Origin: Balanoglossus misakiensis
Lineage: Eukaryota > Animalia > Hemichordata
Direction: 5' to 3'
NCBI GenBank assembly: GCA_040954595.2
Contig: CM082583.2
Coordinates: 10,243,656-10,307,655, forward strand
Length of the DNA: 64,000 bases
The notes under the pieces are model-generated. The model was not told the DNA's origin. It worked only from the letters and a program-made list of their open reading frames with translations, and searched no databases. Of this stretch, positions 23,701 to 38,700 are shown in pieces. A program made the position numbers and the translations under genes. How positions within the stretch are numbered: position 1 is the first letter of the stretch; each line of letters starts with the position of its first letter.

Positions 23701-26700
23701 GAGGGGACTGGGGGCGAAAGAGAGAGAGAGAGAAGGGGGAGGGGAGAGGTGTTTAATAGTACTCAAAGCAGATAAAGAAAATATTCTGTGGCGTCATTTA
23801 TTGATGTGAACTCTTCGGCTCACAGTTCTAGTGACAACATATATTTCTCCATCAATCATGTGTGTATACACTGTCCAAATAACATTTCCATTTTCGTTTG
23901 TTTTGCGTGACTTCTCAAGAACGGACCCATAGCTCTGTACTCTTAACTGACATTATAACGAACCACTCAGAGAATATTAGCAAATACCGTATTCCCCATT
24001 GAACATACCCACAACAGTAATGTCATTTGTGTTGTTCGACGTACTTGCGCGGTATTTGAGACTCTTGCAACGCTCTGATGGACTTGAACCTTGATCCCGG
24101 CTGTAGTCACCTCTAATTTTCATATAGCCATATGAAGGGTTAAATGTGCTGTTTGAGTCTTCTAAAGAACCTATGGTTGCGCTCTTTTAATTCGAGTGGC
24201 CACCCACTGGAAATCTCTTGCAGTAAAAGGCTTGTCCATTTACGACAATATCCGATCGTTTAAATGACATCACCGGAAAGCCATTGTTTGCGAACACGCA
24301 CAGGTTGCTCATATTACCCCATATTGAAAATCGGAAAAATGAGAATTAATGGATACGACAGATTTCTCTTAAATTCTGTACACTCAGTCCTTTGTTTCCA
24401 AAAGTATCCATGGATAACTGCATTTCAACACATTTTGTTTATCCACTTTTTGTTAGAAATCCTTGCGAGGCAAAGGCCGATATGTACTACCTTATGTTTC
24501 TCCCAAACGCATTCAATTAGGTATCGTATGGATTGTAAAAAAACAGCCGTTTCAGCCGCGGTACAATTTGAATGTTTTTGTTCAATTGGTATCCACGGTC
24601 CCGTCACCTATGTTTCAGGCTGGGCTGGGGTTCTGGAAGTCACGTGTCAGCTGGGTCAGAGTTCGCACACAAGGCGTGTCTTAATTCTTTCCGTGAGTAT
24701 CAACATATGGTAGGGAGTGGGAAAAATAAGCTAAAAACAGTGCAAATGAAAATAGACATAACAAAACGATATTCTTGTCTGCGAACAGATTGTCTCATTT
24801 ATTTACAACAGCAGTATTTAGTTCATTCTTTCCAAAATTATTGATGGAAACTTAAACAGATAGTTAAAATATTTAAAAAAAAACAGTATGCTGAAGTTAA
24901 TGGTATTACTGTGTAGATCAATTATTGATATCAAACTCTTTTTTACGGTACATGTATATCAGTGACGTCACGTCGATTGCTTCCCACCACGTGTGACCAA
25001 ATTTGCATGCAGAAAGCACGACATGGGTTTATTCGCTTAGTAAGTACCAGCACATGTTGTCTATGAATTTCGTCCGGAAATAACAAGAAAGTTGACGCAA
25101 GATTTAGACATTCGTAGGCCTATACTGCTCCATATGGTTCACATTTCATCACAGAGTTTATATTTCATAAACGTACACTGTGAAATTGATGAAATGGGTA
25201 AATATACGCTTTAAACACTTCAGATATTACTTGCCCATATGTCAGAATTACACGGCGTCTTTATAAGTGATTCGATAAACCTGTAATAAACGCACGCGAA
25301 TCATAGTATACACACGACTCACGCGTCGTACGATTCAAATATTCGTCAGAATAATGCACTTTTACGTCCCCAGCAAATTTATCATATGTACAGGCAAAAA
25401 CGTTTTCTTTGTTTAACTTATTAACAATTCAATAGGTTTCCTTAAAACGGGTGACGTATCAAACTTCCTGGGTTAAACATGAACAAAAGTAATCCGTTTG
25501 AAACCAATAGGTGTTCTATTAATACCACCATTTCAAATAAAATGAAACAGACATACTGTTGAAATATTAGTAAGCCTGGAATAATAATGCTTTCTAAGCC
25601 AAACATACGTCTCTAAATAACACAGTAAGTTGGGATAATAGCATTTTCTCAGGGAAACAATTATCTATAAATAACACAAAAGAGATACCCGCATGTTGTA
25701 TTGACAGTGCATTAATCTGCATATGTCACGTCGACGCCGACTGAAATCAACCCGCTATAATTTGCACCCCTGGCATCCTGACCGTTGATAAAATCATATA
25801 ATGCAAGTATAAATGTTATTCATGACCCCCCCCCCGTCAAAGAAAGAAATATGGCGGTTACTGATGACAGGTTAAAGGGTGGGTGTCGTCCCGTCTGCGA
25901 CTGCGTGTACAGGTCCAATACAATACACAGTTGCTAGCAAGCCAAACATATACTAATAAATGTGGGTCAGTGTCTTTCCTACTTGCTTCATCTGATCATC
26001 TCTATAAGAGCGTCCATGGTCGGAGCTCAACTCTTGAATGACCATGGTTGTAATCTGTGACTGAGCACTAAACTGGGTCAGACGATAAAAAAATGCTCGC
26101 CCTGCAGGCTTACCTCGTGGGAGTGAAACGTCATTGACCATTTGAACTTTTTTGATAATCTACTCTCAATCTCATTTTCTGGTGAGGTCAAAATATGAAC
26201 AGCTGCGCCATCAATTCTTGCAATGCCAGTGATAGGTTACGGTCAGTGATCTTAGAAAATAACAATAAAACCCTACAGCTCGATGACACAATACAGGATT
26301 CATATTTGTGTAAACAATCTCTCATGCGTGTTGCTATAGTCAAAATGGCCATTCGTGAGACTTGAATGATAGCCTCGATGCGGAAGTCCCTATCGACCAT
26401 CGTTCTTTTTAAATACATTCATGCAACACTTGAACCAATCTTCCCTAAACTGCCATTATAAAAAATACTGATAAATTACGTGGAATTGGTGTTTATGTGA
26501 CATTTCTCGTTCAACTCGCAATGCCCATAAATGTCAATGAAAAAGGAATTTTATGGGCAAAGAGTGAAAAACTGCATTTATTGAACGTATAACACAACAT
26601 TCGTAACAGATTGCATCTTTGGGGAATACGCCAATTTGCGTCATTTTTCACGAAAGTGACAGAGGCATTTATTTTGATGTAAAAGCGCCGTTTCGCTGAA

Positions 26701-29700
26701 TTTATATTCGCTCACCTCGAGCAACGTTAAATTTTATGGCAAACTCTCTCAGTCACCATGGTGACCAGCCTCCTAAACCACGCGACAATACGCGGTCGTT
26801 CACGTGTCACGATTTTAATCGATTGCGCGACCGGGAGCCCGTTCTTATCTCTGCAAAAAAGAGAAAGAAATGGAATTGACTGTACTGATTGGAACTTTTT
26901 GATTATTCTTGGCTAAATCGGAGCGAAGGTTAATTAAACATCGTTTTGCGGTGCTTCTCGTCTGCGGTGATTTCTGGGTTTTCCCGCCACTTGAAACAAT
27001 TGAGGAAAAACAGATTGAACGGAACGACAAGATTTACCAGTTAACAAATCTCGTTATTCAGCGCAACGGGTATTCTGACTTTATATCTTGACTGTTGCCA
27101 ATAAATCAATAGATCTAAAGTATGACGTTAATGTCGGCAAAGTGTATGTATCTTCAGTCGCTATACACTTCTTCCCTGTCCCCACCAATTTACAACGAAT
27201 CAATCGCCGCAGTGGGCTGAAACGTAAATGTGTTTTCCACTCGCCCGGGGAGAAGAAAATGAAACGAAATTTCATTAATCGTTAAGAGAGTTAAGCGCGG
27301 ACATTTCAATTGAATTCCCTTGGTGCCAGGTAAACTATTTCGCCTTCTGTTTGCTTTTGATGTTAACGACGAAAAATCAACCCGAATCTGCTTAATTGCG
27401 TTTATGGGGGAAACTGGCGAATCCCTTCTAAGCGAAAACTCCCAGTCTGGCATTTAAGTACACTTTTTTGTCCGCGGGTGAAGCATGAAAAGTCAATATG
27501 CAACGAGCTATGTAATGTTTCCGTATTTGGCAAATAAAATTCTCCAGTCTGACCTTAAAGAGTATATTACCGCGAATAAGCATCATAGGCCTTTATGTAT
27601 CAATTCCGCTTGTGCATTTAGTGTCTTCCCTCGGTAGAAAAGAGAACTTTTGAGAGATGAAAAAAGTAAAAGAAGTCATCATATGAAACAAAATTGACTT
27701 ATAAAGCAAAAAACTTTACAGACACTACTAAGAATCTTTCATGGAGAATACAACGAATGATGACGCATCACGAAAGGCGCACGCATATTCGATTATCGTA
27801 GGTCGAAGGTCAAAGTGGATAGGTCAGTTGTGCTCCTCCTGGCTGTTCTGATTATTTAGCAAATGTGTAAATTACCGAGCATCCGTTTTATGCTGATATT
27901 CGTAATTTTCCATTTTTTTTCTCGGAATTCATGAATGATACGGGTACCCGCGAGACCACAGAACAGTTAGCCTTTTTAACCATGCAACGTACACTTCAAC
28001 ACATACTGCCCCTGTTTACAATTATTGCATGATTTGAAACTGAACAAAACTCGATTCATAGTCAAGCAGCCAAAGCTATTTCAGTGCTTGTTTGATGTTA
28101 AACTTTTAGACATGATGTGTTTACAGGGGCTTGCATGCGATGTCATCACTCTGAGCTCCAAACACGTAATGAGAACAAATTGCTTATGCCCTCCTTAAGT
28201 ACCCAGTTTCCGCTCACTGTTTTCCGGCATGTCTCAGTATTTGCGAGCCAAGTGTTGCTGACGACACATTACTGCGTCTGTCAACTACAAAACTTCATGA
28301 ACCGTTTCCTGTCGTGTCGCTGTGGGTTAAATGCGCGTAAGTTAAACTCTTTCAGCTTGTTTGTATATTCAAAAGTTATACATGTATTTCATCGCGTTGA
28401 ATGCGTGCACGTCGTCCACCACCGGAAAGTGTGCAAACGGAAATGACGTAGGTTGATGCCTGACGAGGGAAAGTGCTAGGCGCATACTATACCTTTCCGT
28501 CGAACTCGAACTTTTGTCTGTGGTGCCATGTGCTTTTTATGCGTCTGTCGACCGGGTTTGATAGTCCATTACATACTAACACAAAAACATCTCTTGACAT
28601 TTTAAGTAACCGTCTTTCGAACAATCTTGAATTTCACGATGACAATCTTCAGTCTGCTATATAGAAACACATGATGAACGCAATTCAGTCTCGTGAATTG
28701 AATGGGATTAATAAAATAAGCTGCTTAGGTCGCCGATGCGTAGGAAATTAAGGAAGTGCCATTCTGTGGGTCTCTTGTGAGACATGTGACATAATGACAG
28801 ATCACACCTGAGTCTCAAGGTGTGTAGAAATCGTAACGAGTCCGTTGTTGGCGTTTACCTTGCACTTTATCTGACAGTGGGATAATGAGGGCTATTATCG
28901 AAAATCCTTGGAAATTAAGGTGTGTGTTTTTTTCAATTCCGCCCGCGTGAGTTGTGTCCATCACATTTCACCGAACTAGCCACAAGGGAGAGCTTGTTGG
29001 CGATAACGAGTGTTTGTGAAATAGACGTTTGGATGCACCAAAATGGGAACTGCACCATCATGGCCGATCTCATTATGCAAATGAACCAGTACCATCAAAT
29101 GTTAACCTCGGAAAATAGTAACACATGATCTGTGACCTTTCTTGCTCGGGCGCGGCAATGTGCAAAGGTGTCGTCTGCCAAATGTCAACTGCTGAATTTG
29201 TGTCCAGAAAAAAAGGGGCAAGATTTCCCTGTGTGTCTGAGCTATATGCATAATAGCTGACTACAACACTTATTGATACTTCACTGAATTGACGATGTTT
29301 TTTTCACGGTGGTTCTCTGTAGCTTTACCCACATCCACGCAAGAGTCCGATATTCGAGGCAGCGATGGCATTTTTGAATTATATTTTCCGGCAATTCATT
29401 TTCCCAGTTTACTCAAAAGGTCACCCTGGCGAATTTAAACACGTTTCATATTTGCATAATAATTGGTTTTGTAGTGCGATATGAATTCCAAAATTGTCTT
29501 AATCTATTTTTATAAAATGTAATATACCAATATTCTAAACGTCGCAATTTTGCGGGGTGGGCACTTTCCAGCAACAAACGCAGTAATACATAAAGATGAC
29601 TTGGCCATATCGATTTCATATCAATCCTGGGTCCAATTTTCATTTCACTTTTATCATTTTACAGAGCACGTCCAGAATTTGGGGAATAACGAACATTTTA

Positions 29701-32700
29701 GATTGAACAACTGTGCTGTGTTTTTTTGTTGCGAGCTAGAACAACACCAGGTGGACAGGATGGTGTTAATTGTCGTCCTTATATTGATGACCTCGAATGT
29801 CGTTTTGGGAGATTACTAATAGTTTCTTTATTCGAATATGAAAATTAGCCTTTATCACCTTGCCATGCCCTTTATAGAATAATCCTGTCAGTGCCAATCT
29901 GATGCGTTAGAGCAGGCGTAAACTTGCCTTTTCATATACATGAGATCGGAATCACAAAGCATAGGGAGAGAGGCGCCGTGTTTAAAAAAATATGATTTCA
30001 AGAAATTGCTGTCACAAAATTAATAGCACCAGGTGGTCAGCAAATCTAACAATTTATAGCCTGCCCAAAGACAAGGACCCATGCTTCCAGTGATCCATGA
30101 TACTGTCGACGACACCCCCGCCCTTTTGCTCGAGAATCATCAAAATGTGGTCAGAGAGCACTATCCTCGAGTATGTTAAAGGTCTTTGATTTACTCTTAC
30201 TGCCGTATGTTAAAATTGAAGTGTCCTACTTTAGGAATGACATAGATCGTATTACTGTTAATAGATTAATATTTATTGTTCTTTCCTAAAGTTGAACATG
30301 GAGACGACTGAACTTCATTCCGTTTCCTCTACCCTTTCGTCATAATAAGCGAGATTATGTAAATTAGAGTGCGCGCGTCAGAACACTTGTAGATGTTCAG
30401 AAAGACGCAAACTGTATAATATGAAAGAAGACTTCCACATTTATGAGATTTGTTCGACATATGGCACTCATCAACTCGGTTCTAGGTTATATTTGAATGT
30501 TCTGTTGTAAAATAGTCATGTTTTTAGACTATAAATAATATTCCCATTATTTAAAATTCAATTATTATGGATGTTTTTACAGTAGAGATATTTTACATAC
30601 CAAATGTTACAAAAGCTGGTACAATTACTATATATATACTCGACAACTCTGCATGAAAATGAAAGTTTCGTGTATACGAAACGCAATTACTGTGCAACTT
30701 TGAGATGGTGATAACTCTCTTTCGACGTACACCAATGTGATAACATAAACCTTGGGGTCTCTAATCGTTGAATAATCTTCCGCTGAAAATATTCCAATGT
30801 CCAGATATTGAAATTAGCCGTATTCACGTTCAGTTACTTCTGAACGCAGATTAATAGATTGGGTCGCGATATGGTTTATCTGTATCACATGGTGCTGTTC
30901 GGTTCACAGCGGAGTTCTCTCGAGTTTGCGTATTCGAATCACGCCCGGCCGCGATTGGAGTTAATCGTCCGAAATTTTCAATAACGGGGATTGGTTGCCG
31001 TAAAACTAGTAATTACGACAGTTTACGTCGCTACATTTGCTGATCGATTCTGGATTGAGCCGCGGTCCCTCTGTGATTGAGCCGTGTGTCTGAAACGGCT
31101 ATTAACCGGCCAGTCACTAGGGTTCATGAGATCGAATGAGTGTGACACAACACACAAATATCCCACCTGTACAGCGCGAGTCGGCTTTTTCATACGCCCT
31201 TTATTCCACCTACGTCACTGATTAATATTTACGCACTTTAATAGCCATTAATCCACTTCACTCCGTTTTAAGAGGATTAGACCTGGCAATGCGAAATCTT
31301 TCTCTTTTTTCAGACCTCCCAGGCCCCGTCTGTCGATCATATTGTTTGTCAGTCAACATGTCTCCTTATTTTCTTATCATGTGGGCAAAGTCTCTTCTTT
31401 CAGTGTAAGAATACATGCACAATGCGATGCAAATCTGCGAACGCTTTCCGCCAGACTCACCCGTGACGCAAATCGCGCATTAGACTTTCATTGCACTGAA
31501 TCTTTTTCGAAACCCCATATAGGTCTCGCATATTATCCACCTGTGTCATTTTTGTATTGTCGGAGAAAGGTAGTTAGCGAAATTATGATATGTTAAACTC
31601 TCATCTCAAATCTGTAGTCGATAAATCAGGATCATATGAAACGATTCTGGTTTCATTAACCGTTAGAGAAACCGTGTCCCAAACCTTGTAATCGATGCGG
31701 GACACGGACAAACAAATATAAGAAATAAGAATCTGATATCGTCATAACTTTGCCAAAGGAACCGTAATGCGCTAATTAACCTTTTTTGCTGAAATTTCAT
31801 TTAATGGAAGACTTGGTTGTAAGTCTTCTCCTGAAAATCAATTCCTGCGAAGATATTGAACCGCTGTGAAAGGTCAGGCTTTACTGCTCCCAGATAAATG
31901 GACTAATCTCAAATCAGACACGCTGAAATTAATGCTGACGAGTCCAGGACTGTGCCAAAAACGTCTAAAACCTGTGGTCGCGGTGAGCGAAACATTACGA
32001 AACCACGCCCGTCACAGCGTTGCCTCTGCCCGTATCCATCGAAGTCGGCAGCGGAAGAAGCGATCGTTGTCTTTTTTGTCGATAAATTCTGTCAAAAAGT
32101 AACAGGTGCATTTGAACGGAAATTTTCGCTTCTAAGCCCATGTATCGATTTCGATATTTTGTCAGCAGACGATAAAATTGACTTGTTGCAATAAATTGAT
32201 TACGCATGACTTGTGTCGATGAAAATCATCTAGAACTCGAATGTTATGCTCACCTTAACTACAAGGCAAAATAATATTTTCGAAAAGACTTTTTAGATGT
32301 GTGCTTATTTTTCCTAAAACTCTGATTTTACCGTGTATTCCATAAATATAAAATATTGAATGGGCCGTAGAAGGTCCATGAACTACGCTCGGAAAAAGGT
32401 AACTTTTTGCGGTAAGCGATTGAATCACCCGCCGAGCGAACAGGTCGATCTCAATACAGCCTTCGATTAATTCTAATTTAATGAGCTGAGTTGACTGGGC
32501 AGATTAGCTTCTGTCGTCAAGTGGCCGGAACTCCGTGAGCACCTAGACGTTCGCCATTCTGTGTTTTCACTCGCGTGTCGAGACGAGCCTGGGACACAAT
32601 CGCCGCTGAGCCGCACAACTCGCGTTCAATTTCCACTTCAACAGGTCGGATTCTCCTGAAATCGATCGCCCCAGCACTCGGCTGAAAAGACGATAAACTA

Positions 32701-35700
32701 GCTCCAATCACGCCATGAATGTGTGTTGAAAATCATGTCGGCAGTGACATGTGCTGCAGTACTTCAGACGAGTTTTTTTAAACGAAAAGCGACGGCGCGA
32801 GATTCCCACGGAGATTGGGTTTATCAGCTCAAGTGCCGTACCCAAATTGAGCCTTCAAACTTCCGAGTGTAACACGTGGCGCGGGAAGTTGACGGTCTGA
32901 TTTGGGGGGTTTAATGATTTACATTCTCCCATCCCCTGAAAAAATACCCTGACAGAATGATATAACGTAACTGCTGCCATTATAGTTGTCCGCCACAAAT
33001 CGATGACGAAACTTGGGTTTCTCCAACGCCTCTAACCTATTTACAAAAAGTAAACGCATCGACGGTGGAAAGATCTGTGGCTACTCCAGTCTCTCCTACA
33101 AAATTAGCGTCTATTGTTGGAGAAAGCAGAGAAACTTCTTGAGATGAGGCCAGAACGCAGTGTTTTCTACACACAGTTAGTTTGGCACGCACGAAGTGAC
33201 ATCGTTAATTTTTATGAAAGTGGATTGCCAACACCGCGTTCTTTTCGAGGGCCACTCAATATAGCGGTGCGCGCGATTACACTTTCGCTTCTATGGGCAC
33301 CTGACGCGTGGACAGATTCTGTGAGCTGTACTTGACATAGTTCTAGGTTAACTTTCCCAAATGTACATTTCTGAATTTGACCTTCAACAAACACTCGAGA
33401 TATAGACGTGAGGTGATATTGATATACAATTGTCAGGGCGCCTGTATATATGTATGTACGTGGTCAACTGGTCAACTGCTGCCACGCCCATTCTGATCAC
33501 CATATGTATGTTTAAAATCTTTCGAATCGGTTATTGCGTCGACCCCTTCCCAAAGGTTCACTGTTCCGTTTCATACATCGACCTCTTATTACATGAAATG
33601 ACCCCTTTTAGTGCGAGGTAAACCAAGAAAATGAGAGAAGAAAATTGAAGTCGCTATAATCGCGTATTGAGTTAATAGGGAATATCAAAAAGTGCCTAAA
33701 TTTACGAAACTAAAATCCAATGGATTGGTTGCTGTCAACCTGGCGGCATTTACAAAAACCTCGCCTATATCGTATTTAGATGTTAGATTGAATTGAAGCT
33801 AGAACAACGGGTGGTGGCCCATATTTCTGTTTCTTTTCGGATTGTCAAGCTTCGGGTTGTATTCTAAGTATGAATTACAATTGTGAAGTCTGTTCGAACG
33901 TAAGCTTTTGTGACGGAAACGCCATCTGTACTTACGTCGTGCCTTTAATATCAATTTCGCTGGTGTTGCTCTGCGACTCTGCCCTTTCCGTTTCAAGGAA
34001 ATGAAATTTACCACCAACGGCGGGAAGGCTGGTTATCGTCACACTGCGCGGAAGGTTTTCCTCACTGGGTCCTATGATTATAACCACTCACAAATCAAAC
34101 CGCGCGATTATTGTGAATGCTGGCGACCGCTTTTCCGGTTCGAAGCAACCTGAATATCTGAACTTTATTTTTTCCCAAAACCTCGGTAAATTGAAAATCG
34201 TCTTCTTTAAATGGCAGAAGGAGTTGGGAATCTGCTCTTAAAAGAAACCCATTAATCTCCGCTTGCTCGTCAATCGTGCGAGACGGACGGCTTTTACTTC
34301 TCAAAGGTATAAAATCACCTGCGCCAAACATTTATTGGCGATAACTGTGCATTTTCTTTGAATCTTTTTCTACCCCGTAATTTGGTTTTCACCTGTTGAG
34401 CTGAAATGTAGTAAATTGCGGTAGTTTTTTTGCGGGGGATGTTCTATCCACCATGTTGTCCTTAAAACTGGCTGTAATAACGGTAATTTTGAAACAGGGA
34501 TTGTTGGGTGGTGGGTGGCCGGGTGGGAGAAACGTAAAGAAAACCTGGAATGAAATTGTGGTATTATTTTTCAGGCTAGGTGCTCCAAGTGTGCGTATCT
34601 GTATTCGAGAAAAGCGTACAAAACGTTCACCCGAGAAATGTTGTGGCCAAAGACAGCATTGATGTGTCGGTAACCTCGAAAACCGACGGCCTGGCGGGTT
34701 GCAAATAAATGCGACATCGACGATTATCATTTTGAAATAGCCGTGTCAACGTAAAATAGCCGCACACAGCTCCGTTTCAAACATGAATGAATGAATGAAT
34801 GAAACAGAAAGCCACAAAGGAATAGAAAAAAAATGACTATAGTTCAACACAATTTGGGCTGGGTTAACAAACGGGCTGTTGTGCTCGTAAACGTCGGCCG
34901 GGCAGGCACTGTAAGCCGTATGGCAAATTCTCTTTGACAAGCTTATTGCTTTTCCTTTTACGTGGCCTGTGGGGAAATTTCCGTGTAAAGCAACAAATAT
35001 GGACCTAATTCAATGAGCAATTTCGAGATATGTCTGTGCGAATTAAACTAGTCAGAAAATGAGTCTGGCAAAATCGGCAAATTGCCATGGCGACTGCGGA
35101 ATCTTTGAGTCAGAAAATGTGTAAAAATGAGGGGTCGTGACCCAAAATTGTTTTCTTACGCTCGTGTACGCTACAAAACATACTCGCTCCCTTTTTAATA
35201 TGTCCCTTTCGGATTCAATCTCGTCAAAATGTTCTTGGAGTCACCTGTGAGGCAGAGATGAAATTCGTGTCTATTTTTCTACAATCAGTAGCGTCGACAC
35301 AGTTTAGTTAGTCTAGCGTGAACGCTTCTGATTCTGTCGATAGAATGTAGGCCTACGCTGCGCCAGATTTTGAACACGACACCACTGGCACTTTAAACTT
35401 CAATCCGGAGTTCCCAAAAGCAAAGTCTCTAATCTCTGACATATACATGTGAGTTTCATTGATATTTCACTATCTTACACACGGATTTACTTAGGGCGGC
35501 TGGATGTCATACGAACAAGGCAATTTTATTATGTGGGATTTATTGGAATGAAGTCCGGCTAGTGTCTTATCAGCTCTACTGAATGATATACTACTGTAAT
35601 TTATTCTTCATTCCACGATATAAAGCTTTGCTGTCTAACCATGCAAGCGTATTATTAGGGATCTGCAGATAAAACCAATTGTTTCGATAGAACTTTTCGT

Positions 35701-38700
35701 GGTCTTTTGCGAACGTACACAGCCGATCGCGGCTGACTTGGTATCCTTCAAAAACCCATTTCACGCTCAACTTGTTCGAATAAAAACTGAAGCCGGACTC
35801 CACGCACCGATAAAGCCTGATTAAGCGGCTAGGGTAAACACTCTCTCTTGTTCTTGGGAGTCTTGACGTTGTGAAGGTTCCGCGAGAGTTGGAGATAAAA
35901 ATCGAATTGAAAATGGAAAAGACGTGTGTTTACGATATTTCCCTGGCTCGAATGATTCGAGGTAGGGTTTGTGCAGCCCTGATCGTGCGCATGCGTACAT
36001 AGAGAGATAGACAAACAGACAGACAGACGAACGGATAAATGGACAGACAGACATGTAGGTACTAGGTAGGTACGTATAATGACCAGTACAGTAGTTGAAA
36101 TATGTAGACAAGACAACGTGGGGCACGCTGTCAGTAAAACGAAACTAGAAAGGAGAGAGAATGGGGAATATTGACACAGTGACAGGTATGACACGACATG
36201 ACAAAGTCTGAAAGATTAGCAGTGTATAAGAGAAGACAGAGGAAGGCAGACGGAAGTTTTAAATTGATGTTTTGCTTGTGACAAGGCCAGCCGTGCGTGT
36301 GAGGCGCACTAATGCATGAATATCACAGACGTCAAGGCAAATAAGAACGCCATGATCATTTTGATAAAAGTGTTTGTTTTTTATTCCATTTAGAAAGGAC
36401 TGGGCACTGCAGAATTACATTTCCCTCGTGTGTCAAACAGTTTTTAAAATGGCGTCTGGGTCTGTCGGTTTTGTGAAATAATATTATTCATTTCAAAATT
36501 TAGTCGTTTCACGCCACTTTTTTCAGACAGTCAGACCACATTTCTGAAGACAGACCGCGCCGTTGCTTTCGATTCCACTCGCAGCATTGCGTGTTCCCGT
36601 AGGAAAGGCAACACTAAGAGATATCCATCACTAGCCCGATGTAGTCTTAACACCTTCGGCAGCTGTTGAAGACAACCCCCCCCCCTGCCAGCACGGGCAG
36701 CCTTTCTAATAAACAGTTATATTCCGGAGATATCTAATTCAGAAATAGATAGCGGCTTAAAAACCTAAATCTTTATATGTTGCGTCCTTTCGGTAGTACT
36801 ACCTGTTGTTGACATTTGCTGACCTTTTTCAAGGTGCGAGTTTCATTCAGGATATCTTCAAATCCTCACACCTTCGCTATTTTCACCGCTCTGCAATTGC
36901 GCCAATGCTGTTACATATATCACACGCTGTATGAATCTATATACCCACATCTGCTCATTTCGAATTTTGTAATGCACTGGCTTCTTTCCACTCAACGCGA
37001 GATGCAGTCTTAAGTTTCAAGTGCGAAGGGGGTCGAATGACTCGTTCGTTCGATATTGTTCATCCGTAAAGCAAAGCCCTTCCCCCCGCCCATGTCAATG
37101 TAAATGTAAATGTCAGCCCGTCTTTAATACTGAGTCATCAGCGTGACCCGGCCCCTGGTCAATCAATATGACTGTACTGCCTCCGAGCGACAGGAGGAGC
37201 TAGAAACGACCGCCACCGTAACAATAATTTTTTCGGGAGGGGGGGGGGGGGGGTAATAGAGCCTTATACGACTTGAAGTCGTGTCCTATTTGAAACCCTA
37301 CACACTCATTTTCTAATGCTGGTAAGGAAGACGGATTGCATCCCCGTGGCCTGACCTATTTCATTTGATATATTCTTTTCATTTATTGTCTGACAGCGAA
37401 CGGATTGTTCTCATCAGCGGGTTTCCAACAGAAGGGTCGTCAAACACGTAATGAAACCCCAAAGCTGACTCGTCGATGTAATCAGTGACACAAAGTTATA
37501 TTTATTGAGAATTCAAGAACCACTCACAGTGTGAAAAATGGCCTATATCGGAACAATGTTTGACCCGTGGCATTTCTGAATGGGGACCTGTAGCGTTTCA
37601 GAAAATGTTGACTTCCGCGTATAAGAATGACAAATAACGCGGAATTATTTTTTTATACGAGGGGCACACTCCCAAATTTCTCATAAATAATGGGAAGGGA
37701 ATTTCAACAAAACTGAGTGGACATCCAATACGTCTTCGGGATTAAGTGCTATACAGATTTTAAAATGTGTGACTGTCGCCATTTGTGATTCATTCTGGTG
37801 CCTCAGTGTGGCGTTCACTGTTGCGCGTTGTTGGTTTTGTTGGCGCGAAAAAATGTGCAGTCAAGTATTCAATCAGACATGCCGTGCGACGGCTGTCCCA
37901 TGAAACACTATTCATCATCGATGCATATTTATCATAATTTTGATTTGGTTCAAACTCCCTGTCAGCATATTGATCTTTGGCCGGCTCACACGTTTGACAT
38001 CAAAATATTAACACGTCAACTGGCACAAGTCGGCCATTTTGTTCACCTCGGGAACGCCAGAACAGACGCTGTGATTGGCTCGCGTCAGAAACCAAGGAAG
38101 AACCCCATTTATTGCTGTAACACTGCGCATGCCGGCAAATCAGCACCGGTCGCATATGCAAAATTAGCTATAGTTACCATTGAAAATTGAGTTCTTGCCA
38201 ATCGCAGATTTTCAGTGGGTGGCACACGCGAAAAAAGAGCACCACCATATGTTCTTTAGAACTTTAACGGGGAAAATGTTAATCGGTGCACAGGGATTAA
38301 AACAAAGCATCATGCACATACTGCCCACGGTGTCGAACCAAGATGAAACGCCGCGCCGCCGAGCTTGACACTGGTAAACTATGTAAGATGAGTTCAGTTT
38401 TCAAACGCCGAAACTAACCAAAATCCAACCTTAAGGCGTCAACGAGATAGAGAACTTTCCAAACGCTTATCTCCGTCCTCCTCACTCACAAGATTTCGCA
38501 TACAGCGGCTCACACGTCATCGCCCAACACCCGAATCTATGCATAATTCATTTAACCACGGTCTGTGTTCTATGAAGCTTGAAGTATCGGATGAGAGAGC
38601 CTGCTGAATATACAAAGAAGTTCATAGTGTTCATAACAAAATATCTTGAAGAATTGCCTCGGACAAATTAAGTTTCATACCAAATATTATCGGATAGGTA

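Noticed and set aside
24070-24145. B-box-like GGTTCAAGTCC on the - strand (tRNA or SINE)
   Set aside because: No proper A box, no cloverleaf and no SINE tail or target-site duplication.
34506-34527. G-quadruplex motif GGGTGGTGGGTGGCCGGGTGGG, and poly-G/C runs at ~10288, 12153, 23162 and 37240
   Set aside because: These are common low-complexity words with no independent evidence of function.
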